Source of the DNA: Pavona decussata
Lineage: Eukaryota
Assembly (NCBI GenBank): GCA_977016875.1
Contig: CDRNST010000186.1
Location: 2,232,001 to 2,296,000 of the forward strand
Direction: 5' to 3'
Length of the DNA: 64,000 nucleotides
Shown here: positions 39,049 to 51,556 of the stretch, piece after piece
How positions within the stretch are numbered: the first letter of the stretch is position 1
Layout of the letters: every line of letters starts with the position of its first letter
Notes under the pieces: generated by a model
What the model saw: the letters and a program-made list of their open reading frames with translations, nothing else
Databases searched by the model: none
Told to the model about the DNA's origin: nothing
Program-made: the position numbers and the translations under genes

Positions 39049-39399
39049 ATGGCAAGTTCCATCTGCAGCAAGCTTTTAAATAAAATGTGGCGTCTATACG
39101 AGGTGGACGAAATACCTCATTTGGAAGGGATTTACGTGATAGGACTCATCCACCCCTTTGAAGAGCCAGAAGTCGTCTATGTTGGGCGATCCAAAGACGT
39201 CCACCGCAGAATGGTGGAACATAAGCGACAAGACTTAGCCGTAGATGAGTTTGTCCAGCAGCAATTTGCTGATAATGGCGGAGAGGATCTACGAGTGAAG
39301 TGGATCAAGGAAAACAATCCAGAAGCCACAGAATCGGCATACCGTAAATGTATTGCTAAGAAATTGGGTTACTGGCCACGATACAACATTCAGCGTTGA
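39049..39399 (+). CDS. GIY-YIG nuclease copy 6 (116 aa)
   Basis: GIYVIG...VYVGRSKDVHRRMVEH...TESAYRKC...PRYN. Acceptor ctttaacAG (39035-36); aaaATGG Kozak-like context. Confidence 0.88.
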   Translation: MASSICSKLLNKMWRLYEVDEIPHLEGIYVIGLIHPFEEPEVVYVGRSKDVHRRMVEHKRQDLAVDEFVQQQFADNGGEDLRVKWIKENNPEATESAYRKCIAKKLGYWPRYNIQR

Positions 39400-40567
39400 A
39401 CTCAGCGAACGTATTAGTATTAGTGAATGGAACAATTCAAGCGTTTCTTTTAATGGGCGAAGTAAGTAAAAACACTGCAGCCTGATAAGAAAAGGTTTAG
39501 TTCATGTTAACAACAGGCGAGTTTTAATGTTTACTTCACTTGCACTCTGTTACTTTGAATGTCAGTCAGTTTGCCCTTCTTGTTCAATAAAGTTTCGTTT
39601 AATTTATTGCTCGTGAAATTCTTTATCGTGTATATAATTAAGCCTGGGACTGGGTATTCCTTGAAAAAACAAAAACAAAAGCAACAACAGAAGCAAAAAC
39701 AACAACCGCGACAATAAAAATCTGTTGCTATCCAAACTTTCTGTATGGTGACTTTAAACAATCTAATTCAGTATTCCGACATAGAACAGGAGAGTCGCTC
39801 TACGCGTCACTGGTCTTCAGAGCTCCTTTTGTTTGAGTAGCCAATCAAGGTGGTTTGACATATTGTAGAGTAATTTAGAAAGTCTTAACCATTCGATTCT
39901 GCATTAACCATTGTGGTGCTTATTAAATTAACGCTATCTAAGCTTATCTATCACGAACCTTGTGCACTGCAGTCGGATCGATCAGAGTTCAATTCAAATA
40001 AGTGCGAGACTTGTTCCCTTTCAGAAATCGGAAGGTTTTCAGCCATTTGAATCCTTACATCGAAGATCAGTACTTCAAAGTCTCAGTGTTGTGAAGGCAA
40101 GAGCCTTATATAAATCCTTTGCTAGTCCTTTTGATTTGTATCAATAAGATCGGTCCATAGTCTTATCCCAGTGTCTCATCCCGAACCAATTTACTGTTTT
40201 AAGAGAGACGTGGGTACATGCATTTTCGTAAAATATAAACCGCAGTGATATTGTCAGTAAGGGATTATATTTGAATCACAGTTTTCTCGGAAATTGACCT
40301 CTCAACTGACCCAATATTGCTTTTTTTTTTTGGAAGGAGTCACCCAATAATTGCAGAGAATAGGCTAGGGCCTCTTCAACCGGGCTGGCTCGGTTTCCGA
40401 GATCTTGCCTCACCACTACACTGTATTTTCTTCCTAACAATTTTGATGCGTTCATGTGATAAGTTGGGCTAGTCCGGTTAGCGAGATCTCGGTTGACTCT
40501 TGGATGCTAAACGCCATACCGAGACATTTTGTTGATTTTAAAAGTCGCTATAATGTTTTTAGAGCTA

Positions 40568-40777
40568 GGGAAAATACCTTTTGTTTAATGTCCAATTGGA
40601 TTTTAGTTTCTGATTGGTCAGAAAATCGAGCACGGCCCTAGAATAACTATGACGTCATTGGGCCAACAAAAGACGCGGGATATTCAAATTGTTGTAGATT
40701 GTATTTCCAGTATTTCATCATCTCACAATGCAGAATACTTTTATATACCCGTTCCGTTCTAAACAACTAAGGTAAGT
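40568..40777 (+). promoter_or_regulatory. Promoter/first-exon module, type shared with 44927 and the window start
   Basis: GGGAAAATACC 40568, CCAAT 40592, ATTGG 40613, TGACGTCA 40650, donor GTAAGT 40772. Confidence 0.6.
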
Positions 40778-42385
40778 TATTTTCTTTACTTGTTCGGTTT
40801 CTTTACGCGATAGATTTTGACAGCCTATTTCTAACAGGCAAACTATAGTAAGTCCCTTTCTTTGAAATGAGTTGAAACGGGTGAAAATTTGCAAGCAGAC
40901 TGGTCGTAGCCCTCTAACATTACGCCAGCTAGCGCCGACTGTTCAACCGTTTACGCGACTATTTGTGTCTGGATATCTGAGGAAGTTTAATCTCGTAAAT
41001 GCACAATTATTTGCCATAAAAAATAGTGCACAATTTCAGCTGCCAGAATTAATGAGCAGTAATTACAGCATTGACGAAACGTTTCCCCAGTCCTGATTTG
41101 TCACGGACTTGTACTTCTTTCAGAACCCGACGGCTGATTGACGCTTCAGTGAAGTATCATTAAATTTGTGAAGCCAAGAGCCAGTGCCTCAAGGTAAGAG
41201 CAAATACTTTCTTTGTTATTCCTACCGATTTCACAGTCTCATCCACACATACTCACATATCGGCACAGGGCCCATGTGTTTCGAATCATTTCTTCCTCCA
41301 CGCAAAATAACAATGGCTGTGAATAAATGTTAACTGTTTTCAGACTGAGAGCATAGTTTGCTAGGAAACTGACCGCGGGATCAACTTTCTTGGAGTCACA
41401 CAAGACTGATGATTTTGCCAGTTGCACCCGAGACAATCAATCCTCTCGAGATACTCTGGCTGAGTTAACGCCGGATTCACTTCCTTCTTTGATTATTTTG
41501 ATAAAGAACCATTAAAATTGGCTTATCGGACAACGAAAAAAGAACCACATGATGCACTTTATATCACTGAACTGGGAAAAAACCTTTATTTACTTGATCG
41601 AACACAATAGGATTCTAAGAAATACCGGAAATTGCATCACTAAGGGAAATATCCCATGTCCTTTTTGGCGGCCATCCAATCAGATTATAAAAGCGTCGGT
41701 AAACAAGTTAAAGAGTACCTCTGATTGGTCACGAAAACTGATCCACCAAGAATAACTTGATGACGTCTATCAGTTTTACCTGCATCAGAAGCGGGAAGTT
41801 CGAACAACGAACGTTATTTCGCGTTGGACATATTTCCTGTTGTTTCCACAATTTCTACGACCCCTCTTCTACCTTGCCGACATAAAATTCGAAAAGGGTA
41901 GGTTGTTTCCTTATTCTTTCTTCTTTCATTTCTACTAATTAAGTAAATGCGAGTGGCATATAATCGAAGTTCGGTGAAGATTAATATACAAAATAAATTG
42001 GCGCAATCGATGGAAAGCACTCGTGTAGTAGGCTAAAACGTTTCCGTCCCGCGATCTCCAGGAAAGAGAGACCGAAGAAGAAAACTTAAACAGATTTTTT
42101 TGCGATTTAAAGTTGAACCTTCTATACCAGAAAAACAAATTTAAAACAATGTTGATAAAAATACGAAAGCGACTTAACCATAATATCATGATCCTCTTGT
42201 AAATACTTAGTGAGTTGTTTCATCTGGAATTTAATCTAACTGACATGGAGGAAATTGACCACCAACAAGCTTATCAACTTGATTTCTTTTAGATCAAGAT
42301 CTCGAAGACTAACTGACACAAAACAAAAGATTTGTTGTATTTTTGTAGAAGGTAAGGACAGCAGTTTGTTCACCCGATGCCTGTT
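40701..42385 (+). repeat. Recent segmental duplication of 1-1531 + 5679-5825 (without the Harbinger insertion); partial third copy at 45061-45930
   Basis: Near-identical sequence; ORFs 538-735 and 41239-41436 differ at a single residue. Confidence 0.92.
41631..41903 (+). promoter_or_regulatory. Duplicated promoter/first-exon module (copy of 930-1185)
   Basis: ATTGCATCA 41631, GGGAAATATCCC 41644, CCAAT 41676, ATTGG 41724, TGACGTC 41761, donor 41898. Confidence 0.62.
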
Positions 42386-43025
42386 AAGAGCGCCTGTCTG
42401 TAAAAATCAGACAAATTCTAAATTTCGCAGCAACGGTGGAAAATTTTAATGTCAGATAGGCTGGGATATAACTAAAATATCTGTATAGTTTCTTCTGTGA
42501 AATATCCTTTTATTTCAAAGAAAAATGCAAATAACGAAAATCCTTTAAAACCGTCATTTGACTGATTTGAGGCGCTTAATTATTACACGGGTTTAAGAGC
42601 CTAGAAAACAAATCATTCCGACCGCCAATAAATATGAATAAATTAACTTTCACCATGTGCGACACCTTCAGATCGATAAAGCTTCTGGGCCCGGTTGTTT
42701 GGAAGCTGATTAACGCTTTATTCACGAAAAAAACGAGTAGGACTTAGGGCAGAGGATGAAGCCTTGGTCGTGCCGCGCGAAAATTTTAATATGATTTAAA
42801 ATTTCAAGTTATATCATATAGCTGTTTTTGCGAACGTTTATAATGAGACATTACTGCGCAGTAAACAGACTGAAATGCAGGTTTGAACATTTCAACTTTA
42901 ACTTGCGGTTAGGCCCTCTAAAATACAGCCATGAAAATGCTTATAAATAAACAGTGGGGCGGACAATAAATTCACTTTTGAAAAAGAGCGGGAACATAAA
43001 TCTGCTTCATCTGCATGTTGAACTG

Positions 43026-43311
43026 ATTGCATCAATCTAAGATGTGCTAAGAAAGCACTTTCGATATTTGAGGGAAAAACCCCAGAAGCAACAGACCAAC
43101 AAATTGCACAATCTTCATTAGTGTGGCTGAATGTGTGGTTGAGGTCCAATCAGATGTAAGAAGTTCATGAAGAGTAGATGTGATTGGTCGGGAAAGGGAA
43201 AAAACCCTGTAGTATATGACGTGAATGAACCAATTTAGCCAACTATATAAATATTTCTGACTTGGCGGCAAATTCAAATCGCTATTTCGTTCGAAGAAGA
43301 AAGAGGTAAGT
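43026..43311 (+). promoter_or_regulatory. Duplicated promoter/first-exon module (copy of the 34112 type)
   Basis: ATTGCATCA 43026, GGGAAAAACCCC 43072, ATTGCACAAT 43103, CCAAT 43146, ATTGG 43183, TGACGT 43217, TATATAAA 43244, donor 43306. Confidence 0.65.
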
Positions 43312-44926
43312 TTATTCCTGACTTGATTCTTTCCTTTTTTACAACACATTTCTTTCAGGTAAATAAACGAAGCTTCATACTTAGAGACTCAGGGCAGATA
43401 GTTAACTCAAGAAAAGACTAACTAGAAGGCAAAAGCGGCGATTGCAAGGAAAATGTTATATGAAACAACACCACCTTACTGTAAACTTTTCAGTTCTTCA
43501 CTGCGCCAATTTCCCAAGGATTTTGTGTCCATAAGTCGTTTGTTCTTAGGTCTCCAGTGGAAACCCGAAATGTGTGATCGACAACAAATTGACATTTCTA
43601 CGACAAAGTAACAACAAGCTGTAATTGTTTGTGTCTACCTTTGAACAGATTTGCTAACCTATAATATAACAGTAGAAGGGGTATTGAGGCTCAACCTCGT
43701 ACCCTAATTTTTCTAACACTTTTGTCTTCTTTCAGCTCTTTTAGATCCCAAACAGCTATACAGACTGAATTAGGGCCAGTTGCTGGAGTGTGCTATTCAG
43801 TATATCTAAGCAAGGTAAGGACAAACACTACAGGATAGTCTCGCATGACCAAATAGCTTCAGTTGATGGTCACGCGGTTTGTTACTGCTGGAATTGTTCA
43901 AAGTGCACTTTCAGCTTGAAAAAGGGCGGGAATTACAAACTACTACATCAGTATTTCCGAAAAACTTCGTTTATTCAACTTAAAAATCGCGGTAGATCTA
44001 TCATACTGCGCTTGAACCAGTTTTAACGTTTGAAGACTTCCTTTCGTCTCGATTAACTAGCTTTAGTGCGGAGTGTCTCAGTATTCCTTGTGTCCAATTG
44101 TTTTTACAGCGTGTAGAGCTGCGAGATTTCTGTAAAACGAGCAGTGGAACGAGCGACAAATAAAATGTCATCGGTTTTTGCTATCTCTGTTAAAACGAAC
44201 GAAGGCGTATATTTATATAACAACAGTTAAACTGAACGCAGGAAACGAAATGTGAATACGATTAAACTTGTCTATGGTATTCATATATATGCAAAAGACA
44301 GTCTAACCTGGTTTGGCTGGAGTTCCTGCCTCAAGACTGGTCAGCGATCGATCAGAGTTCAATTCAAATACGTGCGAGACTTGTTTCCTTTCAGAAATCG
44401 GAAGGTTTGTCAGCCATTTGCATCCTTACATCGAAGATTAGTACTTCAAAGTCTCAGTGTTGTGAGGGTAAGAGCCTTATATACATCCTTTGCTAGTCCT
44501 TTTGATTTGTATCAATAAGATGTCCATAGTCTTATCCCAGTGCCTCATCCCGAGCCGATTTACTGTATTAAGAGAGACGAGTGTACATGTATTTTCGTAA
44601 AATATAAACCGCAGTGATATTGTCAAAAAGGGATTATATTGGAATCAGAGTTTTCTCGGAAATTGACCTCTCAACTGACCCAATATTGGTTGTTTTTTTA
44701 AAGGAGTCACGCAAGAATAGGCTAGGGCCTCTTCAACCGGGCTGGCTCGGTTTCCGAGATCTTGCCTCACCACTACACCCAGGATTTTCTTCCTAAAAAT
44801 TTCGATGCGTTCATGTGATAAGGCGGGCTAGCCCGGGTACCGAGATCTCGGTTGACTCTTGGATGCTAAACGCCATACCGAGACATTTTGTTGATTTCAA
44901 AAGTCGCGATAATGTTTTTAGAGCTA

Positions 44927-45137
44927 GGGAAAATACCTTTCTGGTTAATATCCAATTGGATTTTAGTTTCTGATTGGTCATAAAATCGAGCACGGCCCTA
45001 GAATAACTATGACGTCATTGGGCCAACAAAAGACGCGGGATATTCAAATTGTTGTAGATTGTATTTCCAGTATTTCATCATCTCACAATCCAGAATACTT
45101 TTATATACCCGTTCCGTTCTAAACAACTAAGGTAAGT
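44927..45137 (+). promoter_or_regulatory. Promoter/first-exon module (nearest upstream of copy 7)
   Basis: GGGAAAATACC 44927, CCAAT 44952, ATTGG 44973, TGACGTCA 45010, donor GTAAGT 45132. Confidence 0.65.
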
Positions 45138-46176
45138 TATTTTCTTTAATTATTCGGTTTCTTTACGCGATAGATTTTGACAGCCTATTTCTAACAGGCA
45201 AACTATAGCAAGTCCCTTTCTTTGAAATGAGTTGAAACGGGTGAAAATTTGCAAGCAGACTGGTCGTGGCCCTCTAACCGTAGACACATTACGCCAGCTA
45301 GCGCCGATTTCAACAGTTTACGCGACTATTTGTGTCTGGATATCTGAGGATGTTTAACCCCGAAAATGCACAATCATTTGCCATAAATATAGTGCACAAT
45401 TTCAGCTGCCAGAATTAACCAGCAGTAATTACAGCATTGACCGCGAAACGTTTCCCCAGTCCTGATTTCTCATGGACTTGTACTTCTTTCAGAACCAGAC
45501 GGCTGATTGACGTTTCAGTGCAGTGTCATTAATTTTTGTGAAGCCAAAAGCCAATACTTTAAAGTAAGGCCAAATACTTCTTTGTTATTCCTATCGATTT
45601 CACAGTCTCATCTACACATACTCACATATTGGTACAGGGCCTTGTTTGTGTAATAAGAATTCAGGAGCAAGAACTTTCTTTCCCTGATTTCATTTGATGC
45701 TTCTTCTATCTTTCCCCGATTTGTTAAGAGGGACGAGTTCATGTATTTCGAATCATTTCTTCCTCCACGCAAAATAACAATGGATGCGAATAAATGTTAA
45801 CTGTTTTCAGACTGAGAGCATAATTTTCTAGGAAACTGACCGCGGAATGACCTTATATCAGCTTTCTTGGAGTCACACAAGACTGATGATTTTGCCAGTG
45901 TCACCCGAGACAACTAATCCTTTCGAGTTACTCTGGCTGAGAGTAAAAATTAAAAATAAACCAAATTTTAAAGAGCGAAGGATCGCAAACTCGTCTCCCC
46001 GGTTGAGCCAGTTCAGGAGGGCGAGTTGTCTTACCTCGTCTGGTGGGCCGAACCAGGCGTTACTGATATACAGAAGGGACAACTTTTTTTCATATGAGCA
46101 CTTTGGCTGACCAACGTGACACATAGTTAAGTTACGAGTATTTTTCATCATGCACCCATGTTGTTTTATCTCTCAG

Positions 46177-46548
46177 ATGGCCTCTGACATTTGCAGACAA
46201 CTCATTGACAAGAAGTGGAGATCTTATGCGGACGACCTTGAGAATGTACCTCAAGTAGAGGGCATCTATACGATAGGTTGTAGGCGAGCAAATGGCCAAG
46301 TTCGATACCTGTATGTGGGTCACTCGAAGAATATTCATCGGAGGCTAATGGAGCATAAGCGGCAAAAGTTAAAGATTGACTACTTCGTCAAGAAACAGTT
46401 TAAACGAAATGGTGGGCGAGACCTTGGAATGAAATGGGTGGAAAGAAAAAATAGCAAGCGCAAAGAAGGCGTGTACATCGATTGCATGGAAGAAAAGCTG
46501 GGATATCGTTTGAAGTATAACATCAAGCGTGGGAATCATGGAAATTGA
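46177..46548 (+). CDS. GIY-YIG nuclease copy 7 (123 aa, basic)
   Basis: GIYTIG...YLYVGHSKNIHRRLMEH...KEGVYIDC...KYN. The ATG directly follows acceptor tctctcAG (46175-76). Confidence 0.88.
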   Translation: MASDICRQLIDKKWRSYADDLENVPQVEGIYTIGCRRANGQVRYLYVGHSKNIHRRLMEHKRQKLKIDYFVKKQFKRNGGRDLGMKWVERKNSKRKEGVYIDCMEEKLGYRLKYNIKRGNHGN

Positions 46549-46852
46549 ACTTAGAGGTCGAAAGCCTCTGGCCGGAAAGACGGTTTAAATTAGGTCACAT
46601 GAACTTTGGACTGAATAATCCTGAAAACCTTGAGTGAAGAAGTTTTAAAATTTGTTGTAAGTGTAATATATTGCTTTAAGTCAGATTCCCGTCAGGTTTT
46701 AGTGACAAACGTATAGAAAACTTATCAAATTAGGTCTGAAATACCAGTCGTCCCTTCGACAAGAAGAACAGTCAGAACAGTCTCAGTCAGACAGAGATAC
46801 TTAAAAGAAAATTACATATTTTGGTCTAAAATAGGGAGTCCAATGTGACTCA

Positions 46853-46954
46853 GTGTTTCATCACATATCAAACACCGAGAAGAGAGTTGAAAATACGACG
46901 CGTAGCAGAGTGTATTTGACGAACTTCGAGGTTTTTGATATTGTGATGAAACAC
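46853..46954. repeat. Imperfect hairpin, probable MITE fragment
   Basis: gtgtttcatcacatatcaaacacc ... ggtttttgatattgtgatgaaacac. Confidence 0.5.
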
Positions 46955-47937
46955 AGTGACAAGTGTTTGATATAACTTCTCAAACAAACTGATTTTGAAG
47001 GGGAAATTAAGGATGTAAAAACGAGGAGTTTTTCAACAGATATGCATGATTTACCTTGTCTTTGGCTTTCGATTTTGAGAAGTAAGAAGTAGAGGTTCTT
47101 AAACCCAACCTTAAAGTAAGATTGTTATTAAAATGTTGTTTGCTACATTCCCACATTATGTTATGGTCTTTGTCAGGCGAATTTGTGTAAGCTAACGCAC
47201 TTTGATCTCCTGGGAGTGTTGAGCTGAACTGAGTTTAAATGGAAGAAAACTTTAAACGTAATCTTATTTCCCGAATTAACGTGGTGCTGTTTCCGAAAAT
47301 GTTAGCTGGCCTTTTTCGCATATTTTATAACGTTTTTTAGCGTTCAGCTAAAGAAAACGCTAGTTTTCTCATGATTTCGAAATTCTGAGGCGGGTAATGT
47401 CTTTCTGAAACAGATATTCATGCAACTAAAATAACTCAACTCATTAAGTTATTAAATAATGAAATTCCGCTTCATAACATAGATATTCTTGATTGATTCC
47501 CACCATTTCTAGTTATTTCTGTATTTCTGCTGATGACATACTTTTCGCTTCACAATGAAATGAAGCTTTGTGGACCTAAATGAGACCATTTTGAGTGGGT
47601 ATCGATGGATTTTTCATTGACCATTTCTAGTTTCGTGGCATTCAAAGAATGTTTGTTTTTGTCTGCGACGCGACGGACCAAAACTTTCCTGAGCTTTGTT
47701 GATCAATCCTTGGACCCTGGGTCATAGATCATAGGCAAGAACCAATCATAACCCTCGCAGAGTCTTAGTTATTGTATAAACTAGTGATTTCAATATGAAA
47801 GTGGGTGCTGGCGAAGGGGGATAAAGTTGTGGGGATTTAATTAAACAGTGAATGGGTTTGGAAAAGGGGGTCGGCTTTGAGGGTGGGGAGAGTAGGTTTC
47901 AGTTGGATGAGTTGTAAAAATCATGACTACAGCAAGC

Positions 47938-49076
47938 CAGGCGGTGTGCGTCACGACCCACAAAGGGTCCTGGGTAAAAATATGAAAATGGCTCATTTGC
48001 CTCTGGTCACGATCGAGTAAACATCTCGCGGACGTAAGACTTAGGTCGACTTACAGTCGCACTGAAACTGGGCATTCAAACTTTGCTTCCTTTTCCAAAA
48101 ACTATCACTAAAGACAGCAATTTGACAAATTTTAACGGTCTAGTGGCAGCCGTAGATGCTTCTTGTTGGACACATAAGGCGATTTCGTTAGTATTCCCGG
48201 TTCGGAGACAATCAAGGCGAGAATTTTTTATGTTTATTCAGGTTTATTCTTATATTATACTAGTATTTTGTGCCGTCACGTCTGCTTATAGACGCTTTTT
48301 TTATATATATCTTTAGACCGCGAGCGGTTGAGCGGTCTCTTGCTCCTAAGTTCTGCGGCACGCGATGGATTTAGCGAGCGGTGAGGCCGCGAGCCGCGAG
48401 TCACAATTTTGTAATTTGCATAATTTTACTGTCAATTTGAGAGCGTGATCTAAGGAAAAAGTACGACTGCTCGCAGTGTATTTTTCATTGCTTTCGCTCA
48501 TTTTTAGTTTGCTTTTTTTATCTCAGGGTGAAAGAGATCTACATTTCCTTCCTGGATTTGTTCGAGAGAAAAAGCATTCGCCCGTTGGCTTTTCCCGGTC
48601 GATTTCCCGGGAGTTGAGCTACTTTGTTTACACGATCTCTCCATAGATTCTTTATTAGTTCAACGGCTTCCAACGGGAAAACCATAAGGGGTAGATCCGG
48701 GTAGACCCCGAAAATTCTAAAGTAGAAAGGATAAGCTTGCTTAACGTGCAAAAGTATTGGCCAAACCCAGCAAGAGTAAGAAGCTTTAGCCTCAAGAAAT
48801 GCAGTAAATCAACGACCAAAACAACATGGCGACAGGCGCGAGGTCGTCACCTTTGAAATGGCTACAAACGCGAACAAATGCTTCAGCTTAAAAAGTAACC
48901 TAACCAGCATTAAGCCAAGTTGTTCCTCTAACTTTGAAACGACTTTCAACCGGGAAAAAATGTCACAGACTTCGTTAATGACGAAATGAACTCTCCAGAC
49001 TGGTGTTCTTGGGCGCGAAGACTACTGATCAAATAACGCATTCTGATTGGTCGAATTTCGTGACGCACACCGCCTG
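47938..49076. mobile_element. Non-autonomous DNA transposon, 19-bp TIR, 9-bp TSD
   Basis: CAGGCGGTGTGCGTCACGA ... TCGTGACGCACACCGCCTG; ACAGCAAGC duplicated at 47929-37 and 49077-85. Confidence 0.8.
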
Positions 49077-49575
49077 ACAGCAAGCATTGGTTTTGAAAAT
49101 GGGTCATGGCAGGTTTAGTGATTTGTTTAACCCACATTGGGGAAGAAATGTTGAAAACCCTTCCTTTTTGTGGGATGGGGGTGTTGGTGAAGTGGACGGA
49201 TCAGCCGCCCCAAACGGCACAGATTTTGAATTATTTGCCTCCACGAGCAAAGAACTCGAGTGAAAGTGCAACGAGTCGTTTGATTTCAGAGTGAAGAAAT
49301 CATCTGATTTCACAGTTGCACAGTTTGCTTCGACGAGCGATCGACATGTTTTCCATTCTTTTGCCTCAACGGACACACTTACGGACCGAAAGAGCATGAC
49401 TCAACGGTCGAATTATCCTGCACAAACTCCACAGATTTTGAATGATTGGGCTCCACGGGCGAAGAACTCGTGTGAAAGTACAACGAGTCCTTTGATTTCA
49501 CAGTTGAGTGGTTCGCAGATTTTGAATTATTAGCCTCCACGGTATTTTTTCTATTTGCTGTCTTTATTTGCTCCT

Positions 49576-49879
49576 GTAATCATTCATCAAGGTCACGAAC
49601 GGAAAGAGATCAATTTGTGTTTGGCTGCTTTTATAGATTCCGACCGCTTGAGAATTGAGATCACTTTCCACGGGAAAATTTTACCACGATCTTACGCACA
49701 GACGGTTTCGAGGCGCAGTTGACTTTGCCATAAAACAAATAGGTAAGTATTTCCAAATATTTTTATTTGCTAGATGTCTTCATTTGCTTGTGAGTATTCA
49801 TCAAGGTCAAGAAAAGAATCAATGATGAATCCCGTGGAAAGTGATATCTTTCCGTTCGTGACCTTGATGAATGATTACA
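49576..49879. repeat. Inverted repeat pair (~35 bp arms), MITE-like
   Basis: tgtaatcattcatcaaggtcacgaacggaaaga / tctttccgttcgtgaccttgatgaatgattaca. Confidence 0.6.
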
Positions 49880-51556
49880 AAAGCAAACGTCAACTGCACC
49901 TCGTAACCGAAAGCGTCTGACAGCGTGCGATTCTCAAGTGCAAAGTGAGGTGTGCATCCCGGATTATATGTCAGGCATGTGATTTGCGCATGATTCTCGT
50001 CTCAACCATCCCGGATAATGCTCTACTGCGCAAGCTTCGAGTCTTACATCCGACAAAATTTTGGATTTTTTCCCCTATTGACAAGAATAGTGTGCTGTCT
50101 CGCTAACGCTCGCCAGCAATGAAAAACATACGAGGTTTGCGTCATGCGACTTGTGTCTCAGATGCAAGTATAAATGCTCTTTCAATTAGCCGTAATAAGC
50201 AGCATTCTGTGGCCATCTGAGAGCTTTCGAAACGGATTCTCCTTACGTGTTATTTTAAACGAGGGGAACTAATAACACGATACTCATACCATACTCATTT
50301 CTGAATGCCACATCCGCTCAGTGAGTTTTCAGGAATTTTGAGCTTGTCTGGAAGCGCGTCAAGCAAAGCGACTTGAAACAGGTAAGGCCGGATGAATTGC
50401 TCAGCAATTGTGCAAAGTTTCAACATTGCGGCTATATACAGTTTCATTTTCATGAACAGGGATTTCAACAGCTAGTCTTGAAACGCGGTATGAACTCTCA
50501 TGCTCGCTTTGTGCTACCAAGGTTATATTCGGCTGTCTCACGGTGTTGAGCTCAATGGATGGTTCAGCTAGGTTGTTGGGGATGTTTATATCAACTCAAT
50601 ATTTGTATTTGAATTCATTAAAAACCCCGTTGATCGCAAAATGCCTTGCAGAAAACGTCACTACTTTATCGAAAGTTCATCTCTGTTTATTTTATTTCCT
50701 ACTTTCTTTCATCCAGGGAAGTATCTGACGAGTATCATTTCATAATGCTGAACTTCAAACTGACATATTGGGCATTGAATTTTCTTAGTGTCATAGTAAG
50801 TATTTTATTTTATAAAGACCGTTAGTTGTGTCCATTCGTGTCAAGTTCTTTTCTTTTTAAGTCTTAGTTCCACCTGAGCTAATTCGTTGATATTTACAGT
50901 GCAAAAACTGATTAAAGGTTCCACTGCACGCTACTGTTTTAATTGCATTCCAAGTCACGCGAACTTAAGGAGCTCGTCGAATGCGAAAGACACGCGAGAA
51001 AGTGACGCTTAATTCCTTTTCCCTCGAATCGATGTTCATTTGCCTGCCGACGAAGGTTAACAGCTTTGACTTGTAACATTTTTAATAGATCTTATACGTT
51101 GCATTAGATGCAAATCTTTCAGTGCTAGAAAACTAACTTTTCAGTTTATGAATTGATAATTAACGGAGGTCACGCAATAATAAAACTCTCCGATTGCAAA
51201 AACAAGAGTGGAAAAAAAAACACCATAGTCATTGGGAAACAACAACAACAATAGTAATGATCATGATGATAAATATTTTTAATGCGCAAATTAACATATG
51301 AATATATAGTCAAATACTGCGAGAAATTCAACTCGGTACAGCTTACGCAACAGGGCGGCTGCAAGCCACGTACCGTCATGCACTCCTTCGATTCTTCTTG
51401 TGCCCTATTCACACCCCCCCCCCCCCCAACCCCCAGCCCCTCCTGCTACGAACTTTACCTTCAAGCATAAAATTGAAATTCACCGCTGGCTGCGCAGGAA
51501 GCAATACACAAGTAATCGGTTCTGAGCAATCGTCTTTTCCCCAGGCTGCTATTGAG

